A stretch of DNA of 64,000 nt from an uncultured bacterium (GCA_965369655.1 CBDUQR010000005.1:23735-87734); one strand, 5' to 3'; shown: positions 20,059 through 29,257, counted from the first letter of the stretch. The notes: a model not told the origin generated them from the sequence alone. Translations and numbers: made by a program.

Positions 20059-21594
20059 TTGCGTGCGTTTGGCGGTGTCACCCTGCGGGGGCATTTTTTC
20101 GCTGTAATTGCTGTTTCTGCTGCCATTTTTACCGGTGTGGGCTTTCTGATCGCGTTTGGCGTGGGTGGACATAACAGCGCTACAGCCTATGATCCGGACC
20201 TCCAGAATCAGCTTGCTTCCGGCGGGGGCTTCTCCAGACCTTTAACGGAGACCGGCGAGAGTCCATTTGTCGCTGTTGTCGAAAAGTCCTACTCGGCGGT
20301 GGTCAATATAACCTCGACTCGCAGGTTCAGGACTCGATATCATGATATGTATGACGATTTCTGGCGGAGGTTTTTCAGGCTCCCTCCGAGGGAACAGGTG
20401 ATCCCTTCGTTCGGTTCTGGTTTTCTGGTCAGTGAGGATGGCTACATAGTTACGAACAACCATGTGGTCGAAGGCAGCGAGGATATTACTGTGACGCTCG
20501 CCGACAACACCCCGCACAGGGCTCTGCTGGTCGGAACGGATCCCGCTACCGACCTGGCGGTGTTGAAGATAGATGGAGTCAGTGATTTGAATTATATTCA
20601 GTTCGGCAGTTCCGATGGCATGAAGGTCGGCGACTGGGTCGTGGCGATAGGCAATCCTTTTCCGACACTGGGGCTCGACAGGTCTGTGACCGTAGGCGTG
20701 GTCTCTGGGAAGGGGAGGTCCCGACTGATGCTGGGTGAAGAGACGCCGCTCTACCAGGATTATATCCAGACCGATGCCTCTATCAATCCAGGCAACTCCG
20801 GCGGGCCGCTCCTCAATCTGAGAGGAGAAGTCATCGGGGTCAATTCGGCGATAGCTTCCCCGAGCGGTGGATCGGTCGGAATCGGATTCGCCATCCCGTC
20901 AGACCTTGCAGAGCAGATAACTTCAGAAATCATTTCCCAAGGTAAGGTGACAAGAGGCTATCTCGGAGTTGTCCCGCGTGATGTGCTTCCGGACGAAGCC
21001 GAGATGGTTGGGCTCGATAAGTTGGCTGGTGTCTATATCGCTGAAGTCAGCGCAGGATCACCGGCCGAGAAAGCTGGAGTGTTGCCTGACGATGTCATAA
21101 TCTCCTTCAACGGAGAGGAACTGAGGGGCGAGCAGGATTTCAGGATTAAGGTTGCCTCCGAGCAGGAGGGCGATCAGGTCAGACTTGGTCTGATAAGGAG
21201 GGGAGAGCGCATCGATGTGAATGTGGTCCTCGGCGATCGCGAATCCGGTCTTGCAATAATCGATGCTCCCGGCAATCATCCGAACCGAGAATCGAGTGTT
21301 TCGGAGGAGTGGCTCGGAATTAGGGTAGCTAAGAGTACGCCGGAGCTTGCGTACCGGTACGGTGTCTATTTTCATGAAGGCGCGCTCGTGACCGACGTGA
21401 AATCGGGTTCGCCGGCTGATATCAAGGGGATTGTGCCGGGCACCATAATAGTTGAGATCAACTACGTATCAATTTCAAGCAAGGATGATTTCGACGCCGT
21501 CGCCGCGGAACTTAAAAGGCGAAAGCGGGCGATAGCGTTCCACATTTTCGACACCAATGGACGTATCGGATACGTGGCAATAAAACCGAATTAA
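20059..21594 (+). CDS. degP: DegP/DegQ (HtrA) serine protease with two PDZ domains
   Basis: TNNHVV, TDLAVLKI and QTDASINPGNSGGPL triad; two PDZ domains. TTG start chosen after GGAGGTGA (ORF track opens at 20011). Confidence 0.93.
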   Translation: MRAFGGVTLRGHFFAVIAVSAAIFTGVGFLIAFGVGGHNSATAYDPDLQNQLASGGGFSRPLTETGESPFVAVVEKSYSAVVNITSTRRFRTRYHDMYDDFWRRFFRLPPREQVIPSFGSGFLVSEDGYIVTNNHVVEGSEDITVTLADNTPHRALLVGTDPATDLAVLKIDGVSDLNYIQFGSSDGMKVGDWVVAIGNPFPTLGLDRSVTVGVVSGKGRSRLMLGEETPLYQDYIQTDASINPGNSGGPLLNLRGEVIGVNSAIASPSGGSVGIGFAIPSDLAEQITSEIISQGKVTRGYLGVVPRDVLPDEAEMVGLDKLAGVYIAEVSAGSPAEKAGVLPDDVIISFNGEELRGEQDFRIKVASEQEGDQVRLGLIRRGERIDVNVVLGDRESGLAIIDAPGNHPNRESSVSEEWLGIRVAKSTPELAYRYGVYFHEGALVTDVKSGSPADIKGIVPGTIIVEINYVSISSKDDFDAVAAELKRRKRAIAFHIFDTNGRIGYVAIKPN

Positions 21595-21649
21595 ATCAGT
21601 AGTTCACTTTTTCTTATGTTAACCTCAAACCGGGAGGGTGGCCAAGTAA

Positions 21650-22504
21650 TTGCCAAGGCAGTCAAGGAAATATCGAGACGAAGATAGATCATTGGATCTC
21701 TATCTTCGTGAAATCGGTGAGACTCCGTTGCTGAAGCAACACGAGGAGGTGAGTTTGGCTCTCCGCATCCACGAGGGTGATCAGGACGCACTTGAGGCGC
21801 TGACCAAAGCTAACCTCAGGTTCGTGGTTTCGGTGGCCAAGCAGTACCAGAACCAGGGCTTGTCGCTGGGTGATTTGATCAATGAAGGTAACATTGGACT
21901 TATCAAGGCCGGCAAGCGATTCGACGAGACCCGCGGGTTCAAATTCATCTCGTATGCGGTCTGGTGGATCAGACAGGCTATACTTCAGGCTTTGGCGGAG
22001 CAATCGAGAATCGTTCGGCTTCCGTTGAATCGTGTCGGGACTCTGCACAAAATAGGAAAAGCGTCCAGCTCGCTGGAGCAGGTATTTGGCAGAGCACCAT
22101 CATCCGACGAGATCGCGGAAAAACTCGAACTGTCAGCGGCAGAGGTCTCGGATACCTTGAAGATATCCAACACTCACCTGTCGCTCGACGCACCGTTCTC
22201 GTCATCGGAAGACAACAGTCTCATCGATGTACTCGAAGACGAATTCCAGCCTGCCCCTGACGAGGCGCTTCTTCAGCATTCGCTCAGATTCGAGATCGAG
22301 AAAGCGCTGGAGACGCTCACGCCTCGGGAAGCGGAAGTGATCAATCTGTATTTTGGCCTTAGTCATGCAAAGGCATTAACACTTGAAGAGATTGGCGCCC
22401 GCTTTTCATTGACTCGCGAAAGAGTCAGGCAGATAAAGGAAAAGGCCATCAGAAGGCTCAGGCACGCATCGAGATCGCGTTCCCTCAGGGCGTATCTGAG
22501 TTGA
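21650..22504 (+). CDS. rpoD: RpoD/SigA-family sigma factor, short form without region 1.1
   Basis: [59 protein letters not shown]. Confidence 0.9.
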   Translation: MPRQSRKYRDEDRSLDLYLREIGETPLLKQHEEVSLALRIHEGDQDALEALTKANLRFVVSVAKQYQNQGLSLGDLINEGNIGLIKAGKRFDETRGFKFISYAVWWIRQAILQALAEQSRIVRLPLNRVGTLHKIGKASSSLEQVFGRAPSSDEIAEKLELSAAEVSDTLKISNTHLSLDAPFSSSEDNSLIDVLEDEFQPAPDEALLQHSLRFEIEKALETLTPREAEVINLYFGLSHAKALTLEEIGARFSLTRERVRQIKEKAIRRLRHASRSRSLRAYLS

Positions 22505-22525
22505 TGATGGTTGCTACGACATAAC

Positions 22526-22556
22526 AAAAGGGAAGGCCTCAGGGCCTTCCCTTTTT
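22526..22556. terminator. Bidirectional terminator between convergent genes
   Basis: AAAAGGGAAGGCC-TCAG-GGCCTTCCCTTTTT. Confidence 0.85.
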
Positions 22557-22577
22557 CATTCGGATGATTCTGAACTA

Positions 22578-23435
22578 CTATCTAACGCGCACATCGACCG
22601 ATCCGAGCCCGACATTAAGCGTTAGTTCGAGGTGCCACCTGGCGCTGTCCCAATTCTCCGATTCATACACCCCTCGCTCGATTTGAACGAAATCCTTCTC
22701 AGGGATGTCAATCGAGGACAGGAAACTATCCTCGGCGTAGATTCTGACGCCGATATGTTCTGGCACGATGATGTCCATAGAACCGAGCCCGATAGATATT
22801 TCCGCCTCAGCGTCGAACTCGAACTTTCCCGAGAAATCGATGTCGTATGAACCGACTCCGCCGTCGAACTCGAGCTCCCTGAAATTCGCGTTACCGAGGT
22901 CGTCGATTGTCACAGAGGACGCGCCCGCGTCGATCAATATCTTCTCAAGCTCGCAGCCGTTGGGTTCATCGAAACCGATGTGACATTCCGCGGCGCCGAT
23001 GTCCAGATCGAGCCTGCCTATCCGCATTCCTCCGAGGTCCATGGTACAGTTGGCTGCTCCGATATCGACTTTCAGATTGATCGGGACTTTGTCGGTGAAT
23101 TCGAAGCTCCAGTTGTTCTCACGGTCGCCCGATCCGCGCCACATCTTTTTCCTGCCGGAGATATCGAAAAACATGTCGCCGATCTGCCGTCTCTTCCTGT
23201 AATCGAAGTCGAATTCGAATAGATCATCGTCGTACTCTCCCTCAACGACGACCGCGAATTGGGATTTGCCTTTCGACAGTGTCAATTCGCCAATGCCGAA
23301 ATCGATCTCGACTACGATCTGTTTCTCATCGGTCAACTCAATCTCCCTGCGGTCGACGACGGTGTCTGCAAGACAAATCGAGGCAACCCCGATCGCAAGA
23401 GTGATTGCGCTTAGTAACAGTCGTAATTGATGCAT
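22578..23435 (-). CDS. Secreted 'toast-rack' (LiaF/DUF2154-like) beta-repeat protein
   Basis: Signal peptide; repeated L..D.GA/G.G..L beta-strand units ending in NVGLGSVDV. Confidence 0.75.
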   Translation of the reverse strand: MHQLRLLLSAITLAIGVASICLADTVVDRREIELTDEKQIVVEIDFGIGELTLSKGKSQFAVVVEGEYDDDLFEFDFDYRKRRQIGDMFFDISGRKKMWRGSGDRENNWSFEFTDKVPINLKVDIGAANCTMDLGGMRIGRLDLDIGAAECHIGFDEPNGCELEKILIDAGASSVTIDDLGNANFRELEFDGGVGSYDIDFSGKFEFDAEAEISIGLGSMDIIVPEHIGVRIYAEDSFLSSIDIPEKDFVQIERGVYESENWDSARWHLELTLNVGLGSVDVRVR

Positions 23436-23445
23436 ATTATACCCC

Positions 23446-24801
23446 TTATGTAGTGTCAGGAGTTATTGCAGCTTCATTCCCATCGGTCCGAGGCGCCTTG
23501 CCGTCCGTATCCGCGCCGTCGATTGCGCTATCGATATCCCTGGGTATGGAGCCGAACCTGGAAAACCAGATCGCCCCGATTCCTGCGGTGAAGAATATCG
23601 CTATCACTGCGACTCCAAATCCGAATGCAACGCCTGAGAGTGGACCGACTCCAACGGTGGAGAAGAAACCGGATACCAGCCAAAGAACCATCATGGCGAC
23701 GATTCCAATCAGCGCAGTGAGGTAGATTGAATCTGTTCTGAGGCTGTCCATCAGCCGTCCGGCAAGCCGGCCTGCGTAACATGCTGCTCCGACAAACGCA
23801 AGAACGAATGCCGCAATCAGCACGAACGGATAGATCAGGATAGCTACAGGCAAACCTATTATGGTAATGCACAGCAGTACGAAGAATGGACCGATGGATA
23901 AGATCATGAGCAGTCCGACAAAGAAACTCTTGACGAACCCGCTCTTCATTTGCAGGTGGATTCTACTGATCGGTTTCTTGAACAAGAGCAGGAGGATCAG
24001 GGAAATTGCCATCATGTACCCGGTGATAATGAACCATGTGAAAAGCCCGGGTAATCCCACCAGCATCATGCGGCGCAGGTCGGGAAAAATCGTAATATCT
24101 ACTTCCTCGAACCCACCGTCGAGTTCGGCGCCCGGTTTCTTCTTAAGGTGTCTGGCGATCACTTTGCCCGTAACGACAGCGTCGGGACCAAGCGTCACCG
24201 TGCCGGTGGAGAACAAGTCGCCGTTGACGAATCCATCGACGAATATGTCGCCCTGGATTGCCACGATGTCGCCGTCGACTTCGTCATCGAAGTCGATATA
24301 AACATCTCCAAATTCCACGATTGCTTCATCACCTTTGCCGATCCCTCTGAGTCGATCTCGGATTTCATCAAGCCTTTCTTCGCCGCGATCACCCCTGAAT
24401 GATCGCGAGGGTTCCCTGAACAGGAATTCCTCGCCCGATTCATCAGTAGCGCGGATGCCGTCGCCATCTATCCGAATTTCGATGAATTTTTTTCCAAGGA
24501 TACCGTACTCGTCGAGAAAATCTTCGTAGCCGCCACGCGCATGCTCGTATTCGTCGCGCAGGCGTTCCGCCTTCTCGATGTATTTGCGGGCGGTACGCTT
24601 GTTCTCTTCGACCATCGATTCAACCTCTTCGAGGTACTCGTCCGTCGCTTCGTCGATGATCCTGGCCGCGTCCAACTCGTCGAGAGGGATGAGAGTGTCC
24701 AACTCCGCGTCCGGAGGTTCGGGAGGTGCGGGAGGTGCGGCTCCCGCAGGGATCGTCAGAAGACACGCAAGGATAAGACATGTGGACAAGTGCTTGATCA
24801 A
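23446..24801 (-). CDS. Membrane protein with signal peptide, coiled coil, bactofilin-like (polymer-forming) beta region and multi-TM C-terminus
   Basis: GDVYI...VDGDIVAIQGDIFVDGFVNGD..STGTVTLG repeats followed by about 6 TM helices. Confidence 0.7.
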   Translation of the reverse strand: MIKHLSTCLILACLLTIPAGAAPPAPPEPPDAELDTLIPLDELDAARIIDEATDEYLEEVESMVEENKRTARKYIEKAERLRDEYEHARGGYEDFLDEYGILGKKFIEIRIDGDGIRATDESGEEFLFREPSRSFRGDRGEERLDEIRDRLRGIGKGDEAIVEFGDVYIDFDDEVDGDIVAIQGDIFVDGFVNGDLFSTGTVTLGPDAVVTGKVIARHLKKKPGAELDGGFEEVDITIFPDLRRMMLVGLPGLFTWFIITGYMMAISLILLLLFKKPISRIHLQMKSGFVKSFFVGLLMILSIGPFFVLLCITIIGLPVAILIYPFVLIAAFVLAFVGAACYAGRLAGRLMDSLRTDSIYLTALIGIVAMMVLWLVSGFFSTVGVGPLSGVAFGFGVAVIAIFFTAGIGAIWFSRFGSIPRDIDSAIDGADTDGKAPRTDGNEAAITPDTT

Positions 24802-24811
24802 TTCGATACCC

Positions 24812-25876
24812 TCAGAACTCGCTGACTGTTATGTCTCCGCTTGTGCTCGACAGCTCGATGCGCGGGCCGCCGAAGCCTATCTCGCCAGCAAGCTGTCTCC
24901 TGGAGACTGATTTCACCCTGACCGGCACGGATGTGTCGACTTCGCCAGAAACTGATTCTATCCGAACCCGGCCGTCAGATCCAACCGGTATGGAAAAGAT
25001 GATCGATCCGGATGTTGTCTGGACTGCGTACCGGCTGCCGCTGTTGAGTTGCGTGTTGATATGCACATCGCCTGAGTGTGAGTCTATCAGGAGCGAACCT
25101 TTCTCCTGAGAGACTTCGATATTGCCGGATGTGGATGAGAGCTTGATGTTCCCTGCCACGTCGATCAATTTCGTGTGCCCCGAAGTCTTGCTGATCTCGA
25201 TATTACCGGTAATGCCGTAAATCTCTGTCTCTCCCGATGTCGACCTGATCGATATATTGCCGTTGATGTTCTCGATAAGCGCGTCGGAGGATGTGGATCG
25301 AAGATCGATTCGCCCGTCGATACCGGCCAGCTTGACATCTCCCGATGTCGTCGAGACGCTGACATCAGCTATGCAGTCGCTGATCTGCGCATCGCCCGAT
25401 GTCACAGAGATGTCTATCCGACCTCTCAGGTCTGTGATCAGTATCGATCCGGAGGTAGTGGATACAGACAGGCGCACATCGGTCGGTACTTTGATATAGT
25501 AATTGACATAGCCGAAGCTGTCCTTGCGCAGATCGAGAATCTTTTCCCAGAACGAATCACCCGTGTTCCATTTCGGGTAGTGCGTTTCGATTTCAACACG
25601 ATTCCTGTCGGCGTCTACCGCGATTTCGAGTTCGCTGTCGAGCCTCTCAGCCTTGCTTTTGCTTCCGGCGCTGATTTTCTTCTCGGCATCTATGACCAGA
25701 GCGTCCGTATCAGACCTTTCTATCGATATCAGGCCTGCGGTGTTTGTTACGTGGAGCTTGAAATCTTTGTTCACCTTTAGTTCATGGTAGGTCCTGAATG
25801 TGTAGACATCCGCCGAAGCAACGCTTCCGAGCAGCAGAATTGTGGCTGCTATCAGGATTACTGTGGCTGTTCTCAT
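24812..25876 (-). CDS. DUF4097 family beta-strand repeat (adhesin-like) protein
   Basis: Signal peptide; many TTSG/STSG D-I/V repeats. Confidence 0.85.
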   Translation of the reverse strand: MRTATVILIAATILLLGSVASADVYTFRTYHELKVNKDFKLHVTNTAGLISIERSDTDALVIDAEKKISAGSKSKAERLDSELEIAVDADRNRVEIETHYPKWNTGDSFWEKILDLRKDSFGYVNYYIKVPTDVRLSVSTTSGSILITDLRGRIDISVTSGDAQISDCIADVSVSTTSGDVKLAGIDGRIDLRSTSSDALIENINGNISIRSTSGETEIYGITGNIEISKTSGHTKLIDVAGNIKLSSTSGNIEVSQEKGSLLIDSHSGDVHINTQLNSGSRYAVQTTSGSIIFSIPVGSDGRVRIESVSGEVDTSVPVRVKSVSRRQLAGEIGFGGPRIELSSTSGDITVSEF

Positions 25877-25885
25877 GGCTTTCTC

Positions 25886-26470
25886 CTATCGAATCGACTT
25901 GAGCTTTTTTTTCAGCAGCTCGCGAGCCCTGAATATCCTGGCCTTAACCGTGCCAACGGGGGTCTTCAGAATACCTGCGATCTCCTCATAAGACTTATCG
26001 TCCTTGTGACGATAGACAATCACCTCCCTGTACTTGTCCGGGAGCGATTCGATAGCTTCGTCGATCGATCTGAGTTTCTGCTTGCGAACTAAGTCCTTCT
26101 CCGGATCCCATGTGCTGTCCGGCAATTCGATCTCTACCTGCCCGTCTTTTGTCTCGATCGGCCTGTCGAGTGACAGGGCTTCGATTCGCTTCTTGCGCAC
26201 AAAGTCTATTGCGCAATTTGCTGCAATCTTGTAGAGCCATGTCGAAAACTTGTACTCCGATCTGTAGGAGGCGAGCGCGTTGAAGGCCTTCATGAAGGTC
26301 TCCTGGACCAGGTCCTGCGCTTCCTCCTTGTTGCGGACTATCTTCGTGACTACATGGAAGATAGCCTTTCGGTGCCTGACCAGCAGCAGTTCATACGCTT
26401 TTTGGTCGCCTGTCAGCGCCCTGGTGATCAACTGCTCATCAGGAACCTGTTTATCTAATCCTTCTGCCAT
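25886..26470 (-). CDS. ECF sigma factor, SigW/RpoE-like
   Basis: AQDLVQETFMKAF, FSTWLYKIAAN, SYEEIA.IL.TPVGTVKARIFRAR. Confidence 0.93.
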   Translation of the reverse strand: MAEGLDKQVPDEQLITRALTGDQKAYELLLVRHRKAIFHVVTKIVRNKEEAQDLVQETFMKAFNALASYRSEYKFSTWLYKIAANCAIDFVRKKRIEALSLDRPIETKDGQVEIELPDSTWDPEKDLVRKQKLRSIDEAIESLPDKYREVIVYRHKDDKSYEEIAGILKTPVGTVKARIFRARELLKKKLKSIR

Positions 26471-26475
26471 GAATA

Positions 26476-26501
26476 TACGATGCCCGCGATGTGATGTTTC
26501 A
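26476..26501 (-). promoter_or_regulatory. SigW-type autoregulatory promoter
   Basis: Minus strand TGAAAC-N16-CGTA, an exact match to the SigW consensus, 5 nt upstream of the ATG. Confidence 0.75.
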
Positions 26502-26757
26502 TAAGCTCAGGCGCAAAATAGATTGCACCTGTGCAAAAGACAAACAAAATATGCCTGATTACATTGACCCGAATGATCTGTGGTTCCAAGTCAATGCACG
26601 ATACGACTTGCAGTTATTACATGGAGTGTCGTACTACCCGGGCTTGTTAGGAATGTTGCCGATTCAAAGCACTGGATGTTGTGGCTAGCAGACCTCCCGA
26701 GGCTGTTCCAAAGGTAGTTTCGCTGGGTCTTGGCGACGACGGAGTCGTCGGTGTGAC

Positions 26758-26906
26758 CTGGCGATCATGTCCCAGGAATCCATTCACAATAAAAAGCGGC
26801 AAATTAAATCGTGGCACGGGCATCTTGCCCGTGAATCATGGGCAAGATGCCCATGCTACTATAAAAGAACATATGAACATATATCCGGGACACGACACTG
26901 GCGATC
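26758..26906. mobile_element. Nested ~130-bp insert with internal REP doublet, bounded by CTGGCGATC direct repeats
   Basis: CTGGCGATC at 26758-26766 and 26898-26906; absent from the homologous copy at ~40140; internal GTGGCACGGGCATCTTGCCCGTG..CATGGGCAAGATGCCCATGCTAC. Confidence 0.65.
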
Positions 26907-26942
26907 TTCTGTAAGTTGTTGCCAGACGCTACTTCCATTTTT

Positions 26943-27015
26943 CGGTCGCCGATCCCGTCATTGACCCCGATCTTCTCCCTCCGGGATCCCGTGGGAGAGG
27001 GGATCCCCGAGGGAC
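26943..27015 (+). repeat. 73-bp GATC-rich palindromic element, copy 1
   Basis: CGGTCGCCGATCCCGTCATTGACCCCGATCTTCTCCCTCCGGGATCCCGTGGGAGAGGGGATCCCCGAGGGAC; also at 28950, 44538 and 63324, with a short variant at 40049 (minus). Confidence 0.9.
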
Positions 27016-27483
27016 CGGCAGTTCACACGCCCGCCTTCGGCGGACGCAAGAACAGCCGGAACGGATGCTTTTGGGACAGTCTCAGGACATCTGCCTCCCA
27101 CAGGATCTCATAACGAGCAGCGTGTCAGCAAACATAAGATTGCCACGTCGCCAGCCTGTGGCAGGCTCCTCTCGACGACGATGCTGCTGAGCGATTACGG
27201 TCGATCAGGCATGGATAAGCCCACGCTGTATTGACAGATTCCCATTATTCCTGGCTCTGGTCCATGCCGTTACGCCCATCGCCGCGAAGCAACTTGTTGA
27301 TCCCCTCACTGAATGTGCTTGACCACAACAGCTTAGCTCGCCTTCTAACTGTTTTGGCCTCACAGAGCATAATGGCAGCCTGGTTGCTTCTTTCTTTGAC
27401 AGGAAGTGAATTGCACAATGATGACAGCCGATAATCTTGTCAGGGACTTTGCCCTGCAGAATCGGCGAAAGGGGTGAAGTCAG

Positions 27484-27624
27484 ATGGGAAAGAGAAACAG
27501 GGAGAACTTCAAGCCGCCGAAGAAGACCTACTGGCATCTCTACAGCCTGCAGCGTCTTGAGTCGGAGAAATTCGCCAAGGTTGTCAACAAGATACTGAAA
27601 CGAGAGTTCGTCCTTATCAAGTAG
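27484..27624 (+). CDS. Small basic hypothetical protein (46 aa), below the ORF-track cutoff
   Basis: AAAGGGGTGA RBS-like sequence 6 nt before the ATG; MGKRNRENFKPPKKTYWHLYSLQRLESEKFAKVVNKILKREFVLIK; codon usage resembles host genes. Confidence 0.55.
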   Translation: MGKRNRENFKPPKKTYWHLYSLQRLESEKFAKVVNKILKREFVLIK

Positions 27625-27824
27625 ATAGCAGGCCTTTTTACTCCACTCTGCAGCCTCGATTCCCAGGTCCTTGGCGCTCGAAGTCCTTTCCTGACTCAGT
27701 CGAAAAGAGCGGGGTCAGTGCGTCAATCTGCCGTCAGGGACTTTTCTTGACAAACGGCTTGACAAACGCATTGAACTCACATAAAATTGTCCAAATTTTT
27801 TCGGCTGGTTTAGAGGACATAACA

Positions 27825-28739
27825 ATGGATTTCAAGAAGTACACCATACTGGTGATCCCCAACGGACGGGGGAAGACATACAGATTCACAGTAGACTCAA
27901 TCATCCTGACATCTTTCGCAGTTTTCTCGATCGTATTCGCTGCTGCGTCGATTTTCTTCTCATATGATTATTTCATCGAACAGTTCGATCGCACTCAACT
28001 CACCGAGCTCGAGCAGGAGAACGGACTTCTCACCGACAGGATCAGCGATATGAACGGTACGATCACGGATATACAGAGTGAATATGCCGGCATTGTCGAA
28101 AAGGAAAAGGCGATCAGAGTCATGTTCGATCTGCCCGACATTGATCCGGCAGAAAGACAGCTCGGTATTGGCGGTCCGGAACTGTTTGAGCTTACTGACA
28201 AATCCGATGCCCAGGTCTTTGTGTATGAAACTGAATCCCATATCGACGAATTGGTCCGACTCTCGTCATTTGAGACGCGTCAGTTTAAGACAATCTACGA
28301 CAAGCTTCTCGACAAGAAAGATCAGCTTGACCATACGCCGTCGATCATGCCATGCAATGGCTACAAGACACGCGGGTATGGGTTGATGCCTCATCCGATC
28401 TCCGGCTACAAGAGATTCCATGCAGGTATCGATATCGCGAACCGTCCCGGCACGCCGATTTTCACTACTGCAAAAGGCAAGGTTGAGTATGTTGGCACTA
28501 GAGGAAAACTCGGCAGGACTGTCATCGTTAATCACGGTAACGGATTCAAGACGATCTACGGTCATCTGAATAAGTATACGGTGAAGAAGGATCAGGAAAT
28601 TGGTCGCGGTGATAAGATCGGTGAGATGGGTAACACGGGTTATTCGACCGCACCTCACTTGCATTATGGGATCACGCTTGATGGCCGCACGGTCAATCCG
28701 TCGAAGTATATCATCCCCGAAGACCTTGTGAGCAACTGA
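27825..28739 (+). CDS. M23 family metallopeptidase with N-terminal TM and coiled coil
   Basis: HAGIDIA, IYGHL and GYSTAPHLHY motifs; ATG after GAGGA chosen (track opens at 27747). Confidence 0.92.
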   Translation: MDFKKYTILVIPNGRGKTYRFTVDSIILTSFAVFSIVFAAASIFFSYDYFIEQFDRTQLTELEQENGLLTDRISDMNGTITDIQSEYAGIVEKEKAIRVMFDLPDIDPAERQLGIGGPELFELTDKSDAQVFVYETESHIDELVRLSSFETRQFKTIYDKLLDKKDQLDHTPSIMPCNGYKTRGYGLMPHPISGYKRFHAGIDIANRPGTPIFTTAKGKVEYVGTRGKLGRTVIVNHGNGFKTIYGHLNKYTVKKDQEIGRGDKIGEMGNTGYSTAPHLHYGITLDGRTVNPSKYIIPEDLVSN

Positions 28740-28875
28740 TTCGCTTACAGGCATGTAACGTCTTTCCCGCGCAGGCCTTTCGCTGTCCTCAGGATATAAC
28801 GGGAATCCAGAACCGGTTTCAGATAGCGCTTATTTACAGTGGCTCGAAGAATGGCTTGCCTGGACCCCTGGCTCC

Positions 28876-29165
28876 GGGCTTGTTGAGAAAGGTAATAAGC
28901 ATGGGATTCCAGGCGATCGTTAGATCTCGCTGTCATTGCGAGCGACCGTCGGTCGCCGATCCCGTCATTGACCCCGATCTTCTCCCTCCGGGATCCCGTG
29001 GGAGAGGGGATCCACGAGGGACAGGGAGCATGGCAATCTCATGTTGGAAATCATATTGCATGAACTGAGATCACCACGTCTCCTTCGCAGCTCAGGACTG
29101 GGCTGTCGCTCCTCGTGATGACGACAACACAGACCTGCACACAATAAAGGTTTTTCAACAGGCCC
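28876..29165. mobile_element. MITE type B with IS1182-like ends, containing an RPE-like hairpin pair and the 73-bp element
   Basis: GGGCTTGTTGAGAAA / TTTTTCAACAGGCCC inverted ends match the IS end at 63018; flanks CTCC/CTTC; a sister copy lies at 44520-44731. Confidence 0.7.
28950..29022 (+). repeat. 73-bp element, copy 2
   Basis: One mismatch to copy 1; sits in the loop of GTCATTGCGAGCGACCGT|AGGGAGCATGGCAATCTC. Confidence 0.9.
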
Positions 29166-29257
29166 CTTCGCGGGAATGACGCTACTTCCTTTCGCAAACA
29201 TGATTACCTGCTTTTCGCGTCTTTTGGGACAGCCTCGGGACGTCTGCAACCCAATCC

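Larger units (their letters stand above)
26699..27083. mobile_element. Composite MITE (type A ends) carrying two nested insertions
   Basis: Ends GAGGCTGTTCCAAAGG / CTTTTGGGACAGTCTC; left part matches the reverse complement of 40103-40206; no transposase. Confidence 0.7.

Noticed and set aside
26681-27113. Short ORFs over the repeat stacks (also 28856-29261, 37107-37390, 39863-40390, 44639-45080)
   Set aside because: They translate MITE/REP sequence, lack an RBS, and share repeat-derived peptides such as VADPVIDPDLLP.
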